In this document: piece after piece, positions 1 to 9,514 of the stretch
How the letters are laid out: every line of letters begins with the position of its first letter
How positions within the stretch are numbered: position 1 is the first letter of the stretch
From: Geobacter sulfurreducens PCA
GTDB lineage: Bacteria; Desulfobacterota; Desulfuromonadia; Geobacterales; Geobacteraceae
NCBI RefSeq assembly: GCF_000007985.2
Contig: NC_002939.5
Span: 3,782,129-3,814,128, forward strand
Reading direction: 5' to 3'
DNA length: 32,000 nucleotides
The notes under the pieces: generated by a model
The model's database searches: none
What the model saw: the letters and a program-made list of their open reading frames with translations, nothing else
What the model was told of the DNA's origin: nothing
Program-made: the position numbers and the translations under genes

Positions 1-1290
1 GATATTCTCCATGGCAGCCCGCAGCAACCCCGGATCCCCCTCGACCGTCAGGCCGTCGGCTATGATGAAATCCACTGCCCGACCGGGCTCCCCGTCACTC
101 AGCTCACGGGCAATGCTCCGCGCCAGGCGGCTCAGGTTCACCGCCTCGTGGACGACCTCACCCTTCACGCTCCGGGAAAACCTGAGAAGATCGTCTATCA
201 GCTGTTCCATCCGCGTTGCCAGCCGGATCATACGGATGAGGATGTCCCGCCCCTCCCCCTCCAGGCGGTCGGCGTAGTCCTCATAGAGCATGCGGCTGTA
301 CCCGTCCAGCCTCCGGAGCGGGCCGCGCAGGTCGTGAGAAACTGAAAAACCGAACGCCTCAAGTTCGCGGTTGGCGGTTTCCAGGGCCTCGGTGCGCTCC
401 CGCACGCGCTGCTCCAAATCCGCGTAGACCCGCACATTTTCCATGGCCACCGACGTCGTGTCGGCAAGGGCCTGAATGACGCTGATCTCCTGCTCGGAGG
501 GGCGATGGCGCCTGGCCCAGTAGGTGCCGATGGCGCCGATGGGGTCTTCCCCCCGGATGGGGACCATGGCAAGGCTCTGCACGAACGTAGGGCGATAGGC
601 CTCCACGGGTATCCGCTGATCCTGGTAGATATCCTCGATGACCGCCGCCTGCCGGTTGAGCATGACCCACCCGCTGATGCAGCGCTCAAGGGGGAACCGG
701 AGCCCCTTCCAGAGCGGGGCGATGGCATCTTCGTCCGCATAGAAGCAGTTACCGTTTTCCCGCAGGACAAACGTGGCCCCGTCGGCGCTCACCAACTCCC
801 GGGCGGCAGTCCGGACCACCGCCGTAATCTCGTCGAGGCTGCGGGCCCGGGAAAGCTCCTGCACTACGCGGACAAGCCGCTCCATGAGCCCGCCGAGCCG
901 CCGGTTCTCCTCCTGGGCCGCCATGCGGTCGGTAATGTCCCGATTGCTCCCCCGCCGGCCGAGAAACGTTCCGGCGCCGTCGTGCACCGGCTGACAGTGA
1001 TGACTGATCCAACGCACCTCACCGGTGCGCGTGATGATGCGGAAGTCAATGGGGCAGACCCCCTCTCGATTGGCCAGAGCATCCGTCAGATGGCTCTCCA
1101 CGGCCTCCCGGTCCTCAGGATGGACAATCCGCCGCAGCAGGCCCGCTTCACCCATGAACTCGTCGGGACGGTACCCGGTAATCCGCTCGCAGGCCGGGGA
1201 GACATAGCGACAGGCCCCCTCGGGGTCGAGCCAGAACTCCCAGTCAGCTGCGAAATCGAGCAGCAATTTGCAGATGTGTTCGCTCTCCAT
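1..1290 (-). CDS. PAS-GAF sensor histidine kinase, partial (C-terminus cut by window edge; absent from ORF track)
   Basis: My own minus-strand translation from ATG 1290..1288 stays open for 430 codons to position 1. MESEHICKLLLDFAADWEFWLDPEGACRYVSPACERITGYRPDEF (PAS); LSRARSLDEITAVVRTAARELVSADGATFVLRENG...MVPIRGEDPIGAIGTYW (GAF); coiled coil; FGFSVSHDLRGPLRRLDGYSRML (HisKA H-box). Confidence 0.85.
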   Translation of the reverse strand, partial: MESEHICKLLLDFAADWEFWLDPEGACRYVSPACERITGYRPDEFMGEAGLLRRIVHPEDREAVESHLTDALANREGVCPIDFRIITRTGEVRWISHHCQPVHDGAGTFLGRRGSNRDITDRMAAQEENRRLGGLMERLVRVVQELSRARSLDEITAVVRTAARELVSADGATFVLRENGNCFYADEDAIAPLWKGLRFPLERCISGWVMLNRQAAVIEDIYQDQRIPVEAYRPTFVQSLAMVPIRGEDPIGAIGTYWARRHRPSEQEISVIQALADTTSVAMENVRVYADLEQRVRERTEALETANRELEAFGFSVSHDLRGPLRRLDGYSRMLYEDYADRLEGEGRDILIRMIRLATRMEQLIDDLLRFSRSVKGEVVHEAVNLSRLARSIARELSDGEPGRAVDFIIADGLTVEGDPGLLRAAMENI

Positions 1291-1454
1291 CGGCTTCCTC
1301 AATGGTGTGACGCAATGCCGGGAGATGGCCCCCGAATGTATGCACCGCCGCGCCGGGCTGTTTCTTCCACGCGGTTATGACGGCGGAACATGCCATTTAC
1401 AGTGAACTGGTATTCCCGGGCGCCTGTTCGCTTTGCATGCCCGTTTCGCCTCAA

Positions 1455-1796
1455 CTATGCCTTTTTCACAAATTCCGACTTCAACTGCATGGCACCGACG
1501 CCGTCGATCTTGCAGTCGATGTCATGGTCCCCCTCCACGAGCCGGATGTTCCGCACCTTGGTTCCGACCTTGACAACCGAGGACGAGCCTTTGATCTTCA
1601 GATCCTTGATCACCGTGACGGAGTCGCCATCACTGAGCACGTTGCCGAAGGCATCGCGCACAACGCGCTGCTCTTCCGGGCTCTCTCCCGGCGCAGCCGT
1701 CGGCCACTCATGGGCGCATTCCGGGCAGACGTACATGGTCCCGTCTTCATAGGTGTATTCCGAACTGCATTGTGGGCATGCGGGTAAACTGCTCAT
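1455..1796 (-). CDS. phnA: PhnA zinc-ribbon protein
   Basis: [31 protein letters not shown]...[52 protein letters not shown] is near-collinear with E. coli PhnA as I remember it. Internal ATG 1796 is preceded by AAGGAG; the track start at 1883 is an extension overlapping nuoG. Confidence 0.93.
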   Translation of the reverse strand: MSSLPACPQCSSEYTYEDGTMYVCPECAHEWPTAAPGESPEEQRVVRDAFGNVLSDGDSVTVIKDLKIKGSSSVVKVGTKVRNIRLVEGDHDIDCKIDGVGAMQLKSEFVKKA

Positions 1797-1821
1797 GGTG
1801 CTCCTTTTTCTGTTTGGTAAG

Positions 1822-3855
1822 TCAGACTCCAGGAGCCGCCGCGTAGTGCACGGTCCTCTGGAAGTACCTGTTGAGTAAACCACTCTTGCCAGTTATCGAG
1901 ATGTGGTTCAGTTTCGCGCAACATTTTTCACTACAGCACCGTTTCCCCTCTCCCTTCCGGGTCGAGGTCCCGCAGCAGCTCCCACCGTCCGGCACCCCCC
2001 CCGTCACCGCTTCGCCCCCGAACCGCTCCACCAGCTCGGCCACGAACCGCCAAGCGGGGCGGAGTTCCCCGCCGGGGGGGGCGCTGCGGTGCACCCGCGG
2101 CGGATGGAACGGCGCCGGCTTGTCGGGGGAGGCGTGGTAGCGGGCCGGGAGCCCCCGAATCGGAAGTCCGGGCGCCATGACCTTCCGGAACCGCTGGGCG
2201 CGCCCTTCAAAGTTGACATAGGTGCCGTCCGTCTCCACCCAGGCGGCGGTGGGGATGACGATCTGGGCACGCCTGACCGTTTCCGTCGGAAGCCAGTCAG
2301 CGGCCACCACGAACGGCACGCCGGCCAGGAGCGCCTCGGGGATGTCGGCCTCTACAGCGATGATCCCCTTCACTCTCCCCGAGGCAACGGCCTCGGCCAG
2401 GGTAACCGCTCCGTGCTCCTTCGCCAGAAGACCCGCCCCAAAGGCGTTGGGACCGGGAAAGAGGTACGCGATTTTGGCATCAGTATGGGCAAGTAACTCA
2501 GTGGCTGCGGGAGGATTGTTCCTGGTGCCGCAGATGACCACAGCCCTCTCGAATATCGCCAGAGGCACCTCTTCAATAATGCTGAGCTCGATGGCCTCGA
2601 TGGAAACGGCTCGGGCTTGCTCAAGGGGCGCATGCGTCCCCACCAGGAAGACCGGTGCGCCGCTGCGCCATGCCTGCCGGACCGCCAGAAGCATCATCGG
2701 CCCTTCGTCCCGGAGGTCCGACTCGAGGATGACAATGCAGTCGGCCTTCCGTACGTCCGCCATGGAGGCCGCCCTGCCGTCGGCAAGGAGGGAAACGGCG
2801 GCGGCTACCCGCTCCCCTTCGTCCCGCTCGGCAAAGTAACAAAGGTACTCCGTCCCGATGAGCCCGGCCAGCCGTGCCAGAAGGACACTCCCCTCCAGCG
2901 GGAGACGGGGTGAGCCGACCAGGGCCAAGCGGCCGGGGCCGTAGAGTTCCATGAACTCTTCAATCCGGAGCATGGTGGCGTCGATGGCCGCGGCCCATGA
3001 AACCTCCTCCCCGTCCACCAGCGGCACCCTCGGCCGCACCGGGTCGTTCACGGCGGCATTGGAGAACCGCCCCCGGTCGCAGATGAAGTGGCCGTTCACG
3101 GCGGGGTTCTCCCGGGCCATGGTCTTGAGGAGTTCCCGGTAGCGGGCCGCCGGCACGGTGTTGCAGCCGAGGGAACACCAGGGGCAGACCGAAGGGGCCA
3201 TCTCGTAGTCCCAGTAACGGGCCCGGAACCGGGCGGTCTTGTCGGTAAAGACCCCGGTGGGGCAGATGTCGACGAGATTTCCCGAGAAGGGGGATTCGAG
3301 CTCCCCCTCCTCAAACCGGCCGTAGTAGACCCGCCGGGCGCTCCCCATGACCCCGAAGTCGCTGCCGCCGGCATACTCCTGGTAGAAGCGGACGCACCGG
3401 TAGCACTGGATGCAGCGGTTCATCTCGTGCTGAATGTGCGGCCCCAGATCCTGGTTCACGTGGGTCCGTTTTTTCCCCTCAAAGCGGCGGATGCCGTGGC
3501 CGCCGGCCACGGTGTAGTCCTGAAGGAGGCACTCCCCCCCCTCGTCGCAGACCGGGCAGTCGTGGGGGTGATTGGTCATGAGCCACTCGATGACCAGGCT
3601 CCGCATCTTCAAGGCCTCGGGGTCGGTGGTGGAGACCACCATGCCGTCCTGGGCCGGGAGCATGCACGACATCTGGATCCCCTTCACAGGTCCGTCCAGC
3701 AGCTTCACGGCACAGAGCCGGCAGGCCCCCACGCTGCCGAGGGCCGGGTGATAGCAGAAGTGCGGAATCCAGATTCCCGCGGTCTTGGCCGCCTCCAGCA
3801 CGCTGGTGCCGGGAGGGACTTCGACCAGTATGTGATCGATGGTCAGTTTGGGCAT
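1822..3855 (-). CDS. nuoG: NADH-quinone oxidoreductase subunit G (short form)
   Basis: N-terminal Fe-S motifs [45 protein letters not shown], then a molybdopterin-oxidoreductase-like domain (CPWCSLGCN). ATG at 3855. The 3' end is doubtful: the last ~55 codons are Cys-rich with falling GC3, and an alternative stop lies at 1931 (see frameshift finding). Confidence 0.88.
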   Translation of the reverse strand: MPKLTIDHILVEVPPGTSVLEAAKTAGIWIPHFCYHPALGSVGACRLCAVKLLDGPVKGIQMSCMLPAQDGMVVSTTDPEALKMRSLVIEWLMTNHPHDCPVCDEGGECLLQDYTVAGGHGIRRFEGKKRTHVNQDLGPHIQHEMNRCIQCYRCVRFYQEYAGGSDFGVMGSARRVYYGRFEEGELESPFSGNLVDICPTGVFTDKTARFRARYWDYEMAPSVCPWCSLGCNTVPAARYRELLKTMARENPAVNGHFICDRGRFSNAAVNDPVRPRVPLVDGEEVSWAAAIDATMLRIEEFMELYGPGRLALVGSPRLPLEGSVLLARLAGLIGTEYLCYFAERDEGERVAAAVSLLADGRAASMADVRKADCIVILESDLRDEGPMMLLAVRQAWRSGAPVFLVGTHAPLEQARAVSIEAIELSIIEEVPLAIFERAVVICGTRNNPPAATELLAHTDAKIAYLFPGPNAFGAGLLAKEHGAVTLAEAVASGRVKGIIAVEADIPEALLAGVPFVVAADWLPTETVRRAQIVIPTAAWVETDGTYVNFEGRAQRFRKVMAPGLPIRGLPARYHASPDKPAPFHPPRVHRSAPPGGELRPAWRFVAELVERFGGEAVTGGVPDGGSCCGTSTRKGEGKRCCSEKCCAKLNHISITGKSGLLNRYFQRTVHYAAAPGV

Positions 3856-3864
3856 GGTTTCAGG

Positions 3865-4437
3865 TTACAGGATAATCACCCGTGGTTGTTCCCCCTTGTC
3901 GTACTGGAGCGCCATGACGAGACTTCCCCAGCCAAGGGTGATGATGATGCCGATGCCGAGCAGGAGCGCCCCCACGGCTGTAAAGATGCTCCCCACGAGT
4001 ACCGCTAGAATCCAGCCGGCCAGGTCTCCCCTTATGGTTTCGAGGCTCCACCGCAAGGCGTCCATGAACTTCATCCGCCGGTCAATAATGCCGTACATGC
4101 CGGGCGCGACCACCACCGACAGGACGAACCCCGCCACCTGACCGATGACCGGCACGTGGTTCAGGGCGAACATGGCCACGACCACGAGCAGAAAGTAGAC
4201 GAAAAGATCGCCGAAGCAATCCCAGGCCCGGAAGATGTCCCCCGGCTCCGCCTTTCCCCCGCGGGCCACCTTGAGCACCGCGCGGATGTAGCCGGCCAGG
4301 AAGCCGATGTTGGCCACAGGAATCCACGCCACCAGGGAGAAGACCAGGGAGAGGACGAGGAGATTGCCGAAATTGCCCGTCCAAAGCCTCGTGGCCCGGG
4401 TCACGAGGCCGCCGAAATCGTCAGATGGTGCCGTCAT
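3865..4437 (-). CDS. Integral membrane protein of unknown function embedded in the nuo cluster (190 aa, about 4 TM segments)
   Basis: C-terminal 190 aa of track ORF 3865..5310. MTAPSDDFGG... starts at ATG 4437, which overlaps the nuoF stop as ATGA. Hydrophobic stretches LLVLSLVFSLVAWIPVANIGFLAGYI, LFVYFLLVVVAMFAL, VAGFVLSVVVAPGMYGII, WILAVLVGSIFTAVGALLLGIGIIITLGW. I recognise no family. Confidence 0.7.
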   Translation of the reverse strand: MTAPSDDFGGLVTRATRLWTGNFGNLLVLSLVFSLVAWIPVANIGFLAGYIRAVLKVARGGKAEPGDIFRAWDCFGDLFVYFLLVVVAMFALNHVPVIGQVAGFVLSVVVAPGMYGIIDRRMKFMDALRWSLETIRGDLAGWILAVLVGSIFTAVGALLLGIGIIITLGWGSLVMALQYDKGEQPRVIIL

Positions 4438-5705
4438 CCCTTTCCTCCGAGGGGGCAGCGCCCCATCACGATGTGCTCCCGGATCTCGTCCTCGAAGAGC
4501 CGCAGGAGCCCCTCCACCGGCCCCATGGCACCGGGGGCCAGGGGACAGAAGGCGTAGTTCAGGTACTGGACATGCTCCCGCAGGATGGCGATGTGCTCCT
4601 CCCGCCCGGCGCCCGCCTCGATCCGGGCCAGGACGTCCTTCACAAAGGGGAGCCCTTCCCGGCAGGGGGTACACCAGCCGCACGACTCCCGAGCGTAAAA
4701 GGACACCAGGTTCAGGGTTGCCGCCACCATGCAGGTGTTCCGGTCGAAGACCACGATGCCGCCGGTGCCGAGCCGGGAGCCGGCCCTTGCCACGGCATCG
4801 AAGTCCATGGGGACGTTCCAGTGCTCCCGGGTAAAGAACGGCGTGGACGCCCCGCCGGGTATGCACGCCTTGAACTCCCGCCCCGGCAGCATGCCGCCGC
4901 AGGGGCCGTCGATGATCTCGCCCAGGCTCATCCCCAGGGGAAGCTCGAAGCAGGCGGCGTTGTTCACATGTCCGCTCACGCAGAAGAGCTTGGTACCGGC
5001 CGCTTCGGAGATTCTCGCCAGCCCCTTGAACCAGGCGGCGCCGTTGGCCACGATAGCCGGGATGTTGGCCAGGGTCTCCACGTTGTTCACCACCGTGGGG
5101 CGCCCCCAGAGCCCTTTCACTGCCGGGAAGGGGGGTTTGCTCCGCGGGTTGGCCCGCCTCCCCTCCAGCGCGTTCATGAGGGCTGTTTCCTCGCCACAGA
5201 TGTAACGCCCGGCGGACTGGTGGACGTCCAGGTCCAGGGAGAAACCGGAGCCGAGGATGTTCTTCCCCAGCAGGCCCGCTTCCTTTGCCTCGGCAATGGC
5301 GCGCCGGCAATTCTCCGCCGCCTCTTCGTAGCCGCGGCGGATGAAGATGAAGGCATGGGCCACACCGATGGCATAAGCGGCCAGGGTCATCCCCTCCACC
5401 AGAGAATAGGGGTTCGCCTCCAGGAGTATCCGGTCCTTGTAGGTGCCCGGCTCCATCTCGTCGCAGTTACAGATGAGATAACGGGGGCCTGGGATGTCCC
5501 GCGGCACGAAGGACCACTTCTTCCCGGTGGGGAACCCGGCCCCGCCCCGGCCCCGCAGATTGGCGTCGATCACCACCTGCTGGACATCGTTGGGCGACAT
5601 GCCGGAAAGGGCCTTCTCCAGGGCCGCGAAGCCTCCCTCCGCCCGGTACTCGGCAAAGGTTACGCACCGGCCGGGACGGTTATGTCGGAAGAGAACCTGT
5701 TCCAT
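4434..5705 (-). CDS. nuoF: NADH-quinone oxidoreductase subunit F
   Basis: 423 aa. NADH/FMN motifs GRGGAGFPTGKKW and YICGEETALMNALEG; 4Fe-4S motif ESCGWCTPCREG. Confidence 0.96.
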   Translation of the reverse strand: MEQVLFRHNRPGRCVTFAEYRAEGGFAALEKALSGMSPNDVQQVVIDANLRGRGGAGFPTGKKWSFVPRDIPGPRYLICNCDEMEPGTYKDRILLEANPYSLVEGMTLAAYAIGVAHAFIFIRRGYEEAAENCRRAIAEAKEAGLLGKNILGSGFSLDLDVHQSAGRYICGEETALMNALEGRRANPRSKPPFPAVKGLWGRPTVVNNVETLANIPAIVANGAAWFKGLARISEAAGTKLFCVSGHVNNAACFELPLGMSLGEIIDGPCGGMLPGREFKACIPGGASTPFFTREHWNVPMDFDAVARAGSRLGTGGIVVFDRNTCMVAATLNLVSFYARESCGWCTPCREGLPFVKDVLARIEAGAGREEHIAILREHVQYLNYAFCPLAPGAMGPVEGLLRLFEDEIREHIVMGRCPLGGKG

Positions 5706-5779
5706 TTACCCCTTTGTTCACCCCCCTGCTTCGCTCTCGTTCGCTTCCCCCTACAAGGCAGGGGGGACCGAGGGGGGTC

Positions 5780-6124
5780 TTATTGCTCAACAAGAATGTC
5801 CTTCAGCACCACCGCGTTGTTGTGCTGTTCGTCCTTTGCCGCGAACAGGAGCGTTACCGTCCCGCCGGCCGCCAGTTTCCTGAGTCCATCCAGGAGTTCC
5901 GCCTTCGCGTCCAACTCCCGCCGGTACCGCTCCCGGAACTCGTCCCACCGGGCCGGGTCGTGGCCGAACCACTGCCGCAGCTCGTCGCTGGGGGCGATCT
6001 CCTTCAGCCACTCGTCGATGCGGGCCTTGTCTTTCGCGATACCCCGGGGCCAGAGCCGGTCCACCAGGACGCGCGTGCCGTCCTCGGTTGCCGGTTCGTC
6101 GTAGATCCGCTTTACTCGCACCAT
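5780..6124 (-). CDS. DUF488 / YeaO-like protein inserted between nuoE and nuoF
   Basis: MVRVKRIYDEPATEDGTRVLVDRLWPRGIAKDKARIDEWLKEIAPSDELRQWF... closely parallels E. coli YeaO as I remember it. ATG 6124 lies 3 nt after the nuoE stop, with GGAGGGA upstream. Confidence 0.88.
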   Translation of the reverse strand: MVRVKRIYDEPATEDGTRVLVDRLWPRGIAKDKARIDEWLKEIAPSDELRQWFGHDPARWDEFRERYRRELDAKAELLDGLRKLAAGGTVTLLFAAKDEQHNNAVVLKDILVEQ

Positions 6125-6127
6125 CGT

Positions 6128-6625
6128 TCATCCCTCCGCGGCTGCAAGCTGCCGCCGCTCAGTCGCCAGGATCTCCCCGGCCCGCTCCAGCGTCACCCGG
6201 CCGTGGAGGGTGTCGCCGACCATGAGCGTCGGGGCTTCGCCGCAGTTGCCAAGGCAGCAGCAGGGCAGAAGCGTAAAGAGCCCGTCCGCCGTGGTTCCCC
6301 CCGGTTCGATGTTCAGCGCCGCTGCCAGGTGCGCCATGAGGCTCTCGCCCCCCAGGGCCCAGCAAGAAATGGAGTCGCAGACGTGGATCACCCGCTTTCC
6401 CACGGGGCGGCGGTAGATCATCTCGTAGAAGGTGGCCAGCTCCTCCACCTGGAGGGGGGTGAGTCCCAGGAGCTCCGCCGCCTCCCCCACTGCCTCGTCG
6501 GTGAGCCAGCCGTAGTGGCGCTGCAGCGCTTTCATCACGTCCACGGCCGCCTCACGGCTGGTGACGGCGTGAGCGACGCGGGCCTGAAGTTCCTTTTTGA
6601 GAAGCTCCGAGATCATCGGCGTCAC
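6128..6625 (-). CDS. nuoE: NADH-quinone oxidoreductase subunit E
   Basis: 2Fe-2S thioredoxin-like motifs [12 protein letters not shown] and [14 protein letters not shown] 6625 overlaps the nuoBCD stop (GTGA). An alternative ATG at 6616 is possible. Confidence 0.92.
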   Translation of the reverse strand: MTPMISELLKKELQARVAHAVTSREAAVDVMKALQRHYGWLTDEAVGEAAELLGLTPLQVEELATFYEMIYRRPVGKRVIHVCDSISCWALGGESLMAHLAAALNIEPGGTTADGLFTLLPCCCLGNCGEAPTLMVGDTLHGRVTLERAGEILATERRQLAAAEG

Positions 6626-9000
6626 CTGTCCAAATCCGCCAGCACGAAGTCAATGGACCCGATGATGGCCAGAAAATCCGCCACGAGCCACCCCCGGCTC
6701 ATGAGGGGGAGGGCCTGGATGTGCGGGAAGCTCGGCGTCTTGATCCGCACCCGGTACGGCACGTTGAGGCCGTCGCTCACCACGAAGTAGCCGTTCTCCC
6801 CCTTGGGCGCTTCGATGGCGCTATAGTTCTCCCCCTTCGGCGGCGCCATTCCCCGTGTGGCATTGATGAAATGGTGAATCAGGGATTCGATGTCGTGGAG
6901 GGCGTCCCGCTTCTTGGGCAGCACGTAACGGTAGTCATCGGTGATCCAGCGCCCGGCCGGCATCTCCTTCCAGCACTGGCGGACGATGTGGAGCGACTGG
7001 CGGATCTCCTCGATCCGGACCCGATAGCGGGCCCAGCAATCCCCCCCCTCCTCGGTCGGAACCTCGAAGTGGAAGTGCTGGTAGCCGTTATAGGGGATCT
7101 TTTTCCGCAGGTCCCATTCCACGCCGCAGGCCCGCAGGTTCGGGCCGGTGATTCCCCACTCCAGGGCCTCGTCCCCGGTGATGACGCCCACCCCTTTCAG
7201 CCGCTCCCGGAAAATGGGGTTCCCCTTCAGGAGATCCTCGTACTCCTTGAGCCGGCCCGGCATCCAGTCAAGGAACGCCTTCACCGCCCCGTCCCACCCC
7301 TCGGGGAGATCGTCGGCCACGCCGCCGATCCGGAACCAGGAGGGGTGCATCCGGCCACCGGTGACCATCTCCACAATGTCGAAGATCTTCTCCCGGTCGG
7401 TGAACGTGTAGAAGACTGGGGTCATGGCCCCCACGTCGGCGGCAAAGGTGCCGAGCCAGACCAGATGGTTGGCGATCCGGAAGAGCTCAGCCAGCATGAC
7501 CCGGATGGCGATGCCCCGGTCCGGCACGGTGATGCCGCAGAGCCGCTCCACGCTGTTCACGTAGGCCAGGTTGTTCTGGACCCCGGCCAGGTAGTCGATC
7601 CGGTCGGTGTAGGGGATGAACTGGTTCCAGTGCTGGCGCTCGCCGATCTTCTCGGCACCCCGGTGGTGGTAGCCGATGTCGGTATCCATGTCCACGATCT
7701 CTTCGCCGTCCAGCTTGAGGACGAAGCGGATGATGCCGTGAGTGCCGGGGTGCTGGGGCCCCAGGTTCAGGATCAGTGTTTCTTCGTCAATTCTATCGAA
7801 GAAATCAGAGGCAGGCAGGGCCTGATGGCGCCGGGCGTCGTCCGTGGTGTAGGGATGCATCTCCGTTGCCCGGAAGGGGTGATTTTTCCGCAGCGGGTGC
7901 CCCTCCCAGTCGGGTGGCATGAGGATGCGGCGCAGGTTCGGGTGGCCGGCGAACTGGATGCCGTACATGTCGAAGGCCTCCCGCTCGTACCAGTCGGCCG
8001 CCGGGAAGACGCTTGTCGCGCTCGGGATCTCCGGCGTATCCCCTCGCAACTCGGCCTTGATCCGCAGATGTCCGGGGATGTGGAAGTTCAGTAGGTGGTA
8101 ATTGACGGTGAAGTCCGGGAACCGCGACCGCTCCCGGCGGCACGACTCATCCACGCAGGCCACGTCCTCCAGACGCCGGAAAGGAGCGGCGCTCCGGGTT
8201 TTCAGGTGGCGCAGCACGTCCGGCAGCAGCTCCGGCGGGCAGCGGTAGGTGAGCATGTCGGTAGCGTGATCGTCCCGCACCACCCGGTGGCCGAAGGCCG
8301 TTTCCAGTTCGCCGGCAAGACCGAAGTCGGGGAACTGGTGCTTTGGGGCCGGCGGGCGCCACATCTCGTCCGAGCGGGGCATTGGGAAATGGGGGTGCTG
8401 CACCGAAGTCCCCCTGATGGCGATCCCCTCCATGCCGGGTCCCCGGGTGTCGCGGGACTTGGTCACCCCGTCCACCAGCACCGGCCGGGTGGTTCCCTCG
8501 CTCCCGCCGGCCAAGTGGAGGACCTTCCTGGCGGGGCGTTCTTCCCTCCTGATTTTTTCCTGGAGCAGCATCAGCCCCTGGAGGAATGCCTCGGGGCGCG
8601 GGGGACAGCCGGGGACGTGGACATCCACCGGGATGATCTGGTTCACCCCCTGGACCACGCTGTAGACGTCATACATGCCGCCGGAGTTGGCGCAACTCCC
8701 CATGGAGATGACCCACTTGGGCTCGGCCATCTGCTCGTAGAGCCGGAGGATTGACGGGGCCATCTTCTTGAAGACCGTGCCGGCGATGACCATGAGGTCC
8801 GCCTCCCGGGGGGTGCCCCGGAGCACCTCGGCCCCGAAGCGGGAAACGTCGTAGCGGGAGGTGAAGGAGGTCATCATCTCGACGAAACAGCAGGAGAGCC
8901 CGAAGAACATGGGCCAGAGGGAATTGGCCCGGCCCCAGTTGATCAGGTCGTCCAGGCTGGCCAGAATGATGTTGTTCTGTGGGACCTCAGTCTCGGACAT
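6622..9000 (-). CDS. nuoBCD: Fused NADH-quinone oxidoreductase subunits B, C and D in one polypeptide (792 aa)
   Basis: NuoB part: [35 protein letters not shown]. Linker of about 60 aa. NuoC part: [31 protein letters not shown]. NuoD part: [26 protein letters not shown] ... [12 protein letters not shown] prefer ATG 9000 (GGAGGGG upstream) over the track start at 9015. Confidence 0.93.
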   Translation of the reverse strand: MSETEVPQNNIILASLDDLINWGRANSLWPMFFGLSCCFVEMMTSFTSRYDVSRFGAEVLRGTPREADLMVIAGTVFKKMAPSILRLYEQMAEPKWVISMGSCANSGGMYDVYSVVQGVNQIIPVDVHVPGCPPRPEAFLQGLMLLQEKIRREERPARKVLHLAGGSEGTTRPVLVDGVTKSRDTRGPGMEGIAIRGTSVQHPHFPMPRSDEMWRPPAPKHQFPDFGLAGELETAFGHRVVRDDHATDMLTYRCPPELLPDVLRHLKTRSAAPFRRLEDVACVDESCRRERSRFPDFTVNYHLLNFHIPGHLRIKAELRGDTPEIPSATSVFPAADWYEREAFDMYGIQFAGHPNLRRILMPPDWEGHPLRKNHPFRATEMHPYTTDDARRHQALPASDFFDRIDEETLILNLGPQHPGTHGIIRFVLKLDGEEIVDMDTDIGYHHRGAEKIGERQHWNQFIPYTDRIDYLAGVQNNLAYVNSVERLCGITVPDRGIAIRVMLAELFRIANHLVWLGTFAADVGAMTPVFYTFTDREKIFDIVEMVTGGRMHPSWFRIGGVADDLPEGWDGAVKAFLDWMPGRLKEYEDLLKGNPIFRERLKGVGVITGDEALEWGITGPNLRACGVEWDLRKKIPYNGYQHFHFEVPTEEGGDCWARYRVRIEEIRQSLHIVRQCWKEMPAGRWITDDYRYVLPKKRDALHDIESLIHHFINATRGMAPPKGENYSAIEAPKGENGYFVVSDGLNVPYRVRIKTPSFPHIQALPLMSRGWLVADFLAIIGSIDFVLADLDR

Positions 9001-9415
9001 GGCCCCTCCGTGCACGGGACGGTCCCCAGTCGAGGCCCCCCTTCAGCCAGAGCCAGACGAGGCCGAGAAGGAGGATAACGATGAAGAAGGTGATATGGAC
9101 GAGCCCTTGAAGGCCCAGTTCGCGCCAGGCCGTGGCCCAGGCGAAGATAAAGGCCGCCTCCACGTCGAAGACGATGAAGAAGATGGCAATGAGGTAGAAC
9201 GGGACCGGATAGGCGAGCCGGGCCGAACCGGTGGGGATTGCGCCCGATTCGTAGGGGAGTTCCTTGTTGCGGTTCGTGGTCTTGGCGCCGAGCCACCAGG
9301 CAGCCAGGAGAAGCACGCCGATCAGAATGGATGCCGCAAGGGTGTAGAGCGCCAGGGGAAGGAACTCGGGCGGCAACGAGGGGAAGAGGGAATGTGAAAT
9401 GCCGGCTGGTTGCAT
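8987..9415 (-). CDS. nuoA: NADH-quinone oxidoreductase subunit A
   Basis: 142 aa, three TM segments. Conserved [49 protein letters not shown] lies upstream of ATG 9415. 14-nt overlap with nuoBCD. Confidence 0.9.
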   Translation of the reverse strand: MQPAGISHSLFPSLPPEFLPLALYTLAASILIGVLLLAAWWLGAKTTNRNKELPYESGAIPTGSARLAYPVPFYLIAIFFIVFDVEAAFIFAWATAWRELGLQGLVHITFFIVILLLGLVWLWLKGGLDWGPSRARRGHVRD

Positions 9416-9453
9416 TCTACTCTCCTTGGCGTCGAGTGAAATGCCGAGTTCAT

Positions 9454-9481
9454 ACTCTAGCGCAATCGGGACTCATGTCAA
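9454..9481 (-). promoter_or_regulatory. Candidate sigma-70 promoter for the nuo cluster
   Basis: Minus strand reads TTGACA (9481..9476), 16-nt spacer, TAGAGT (9459..9454). It sits about 40 nt upstream of the nuoA ATG in the 99-bp gap after the thioredoxin gene. Confidence 0.45.
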
Positions 9482-9514
9482 CGGTTTTGAGGGAAACGCC
9501 GATGCCCGGCCACA

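Noticed and set aside
3865-5310. 481-aa track ORF spanning nuoF in another frame.
   Set aside because: Only the last 190 codons (from ATG 4437) are outside nuoF and look like a real membrane protein. The upstream 290 codons are an Arg/Gly/Pro-rich out-of-frame shadow of nuoF.
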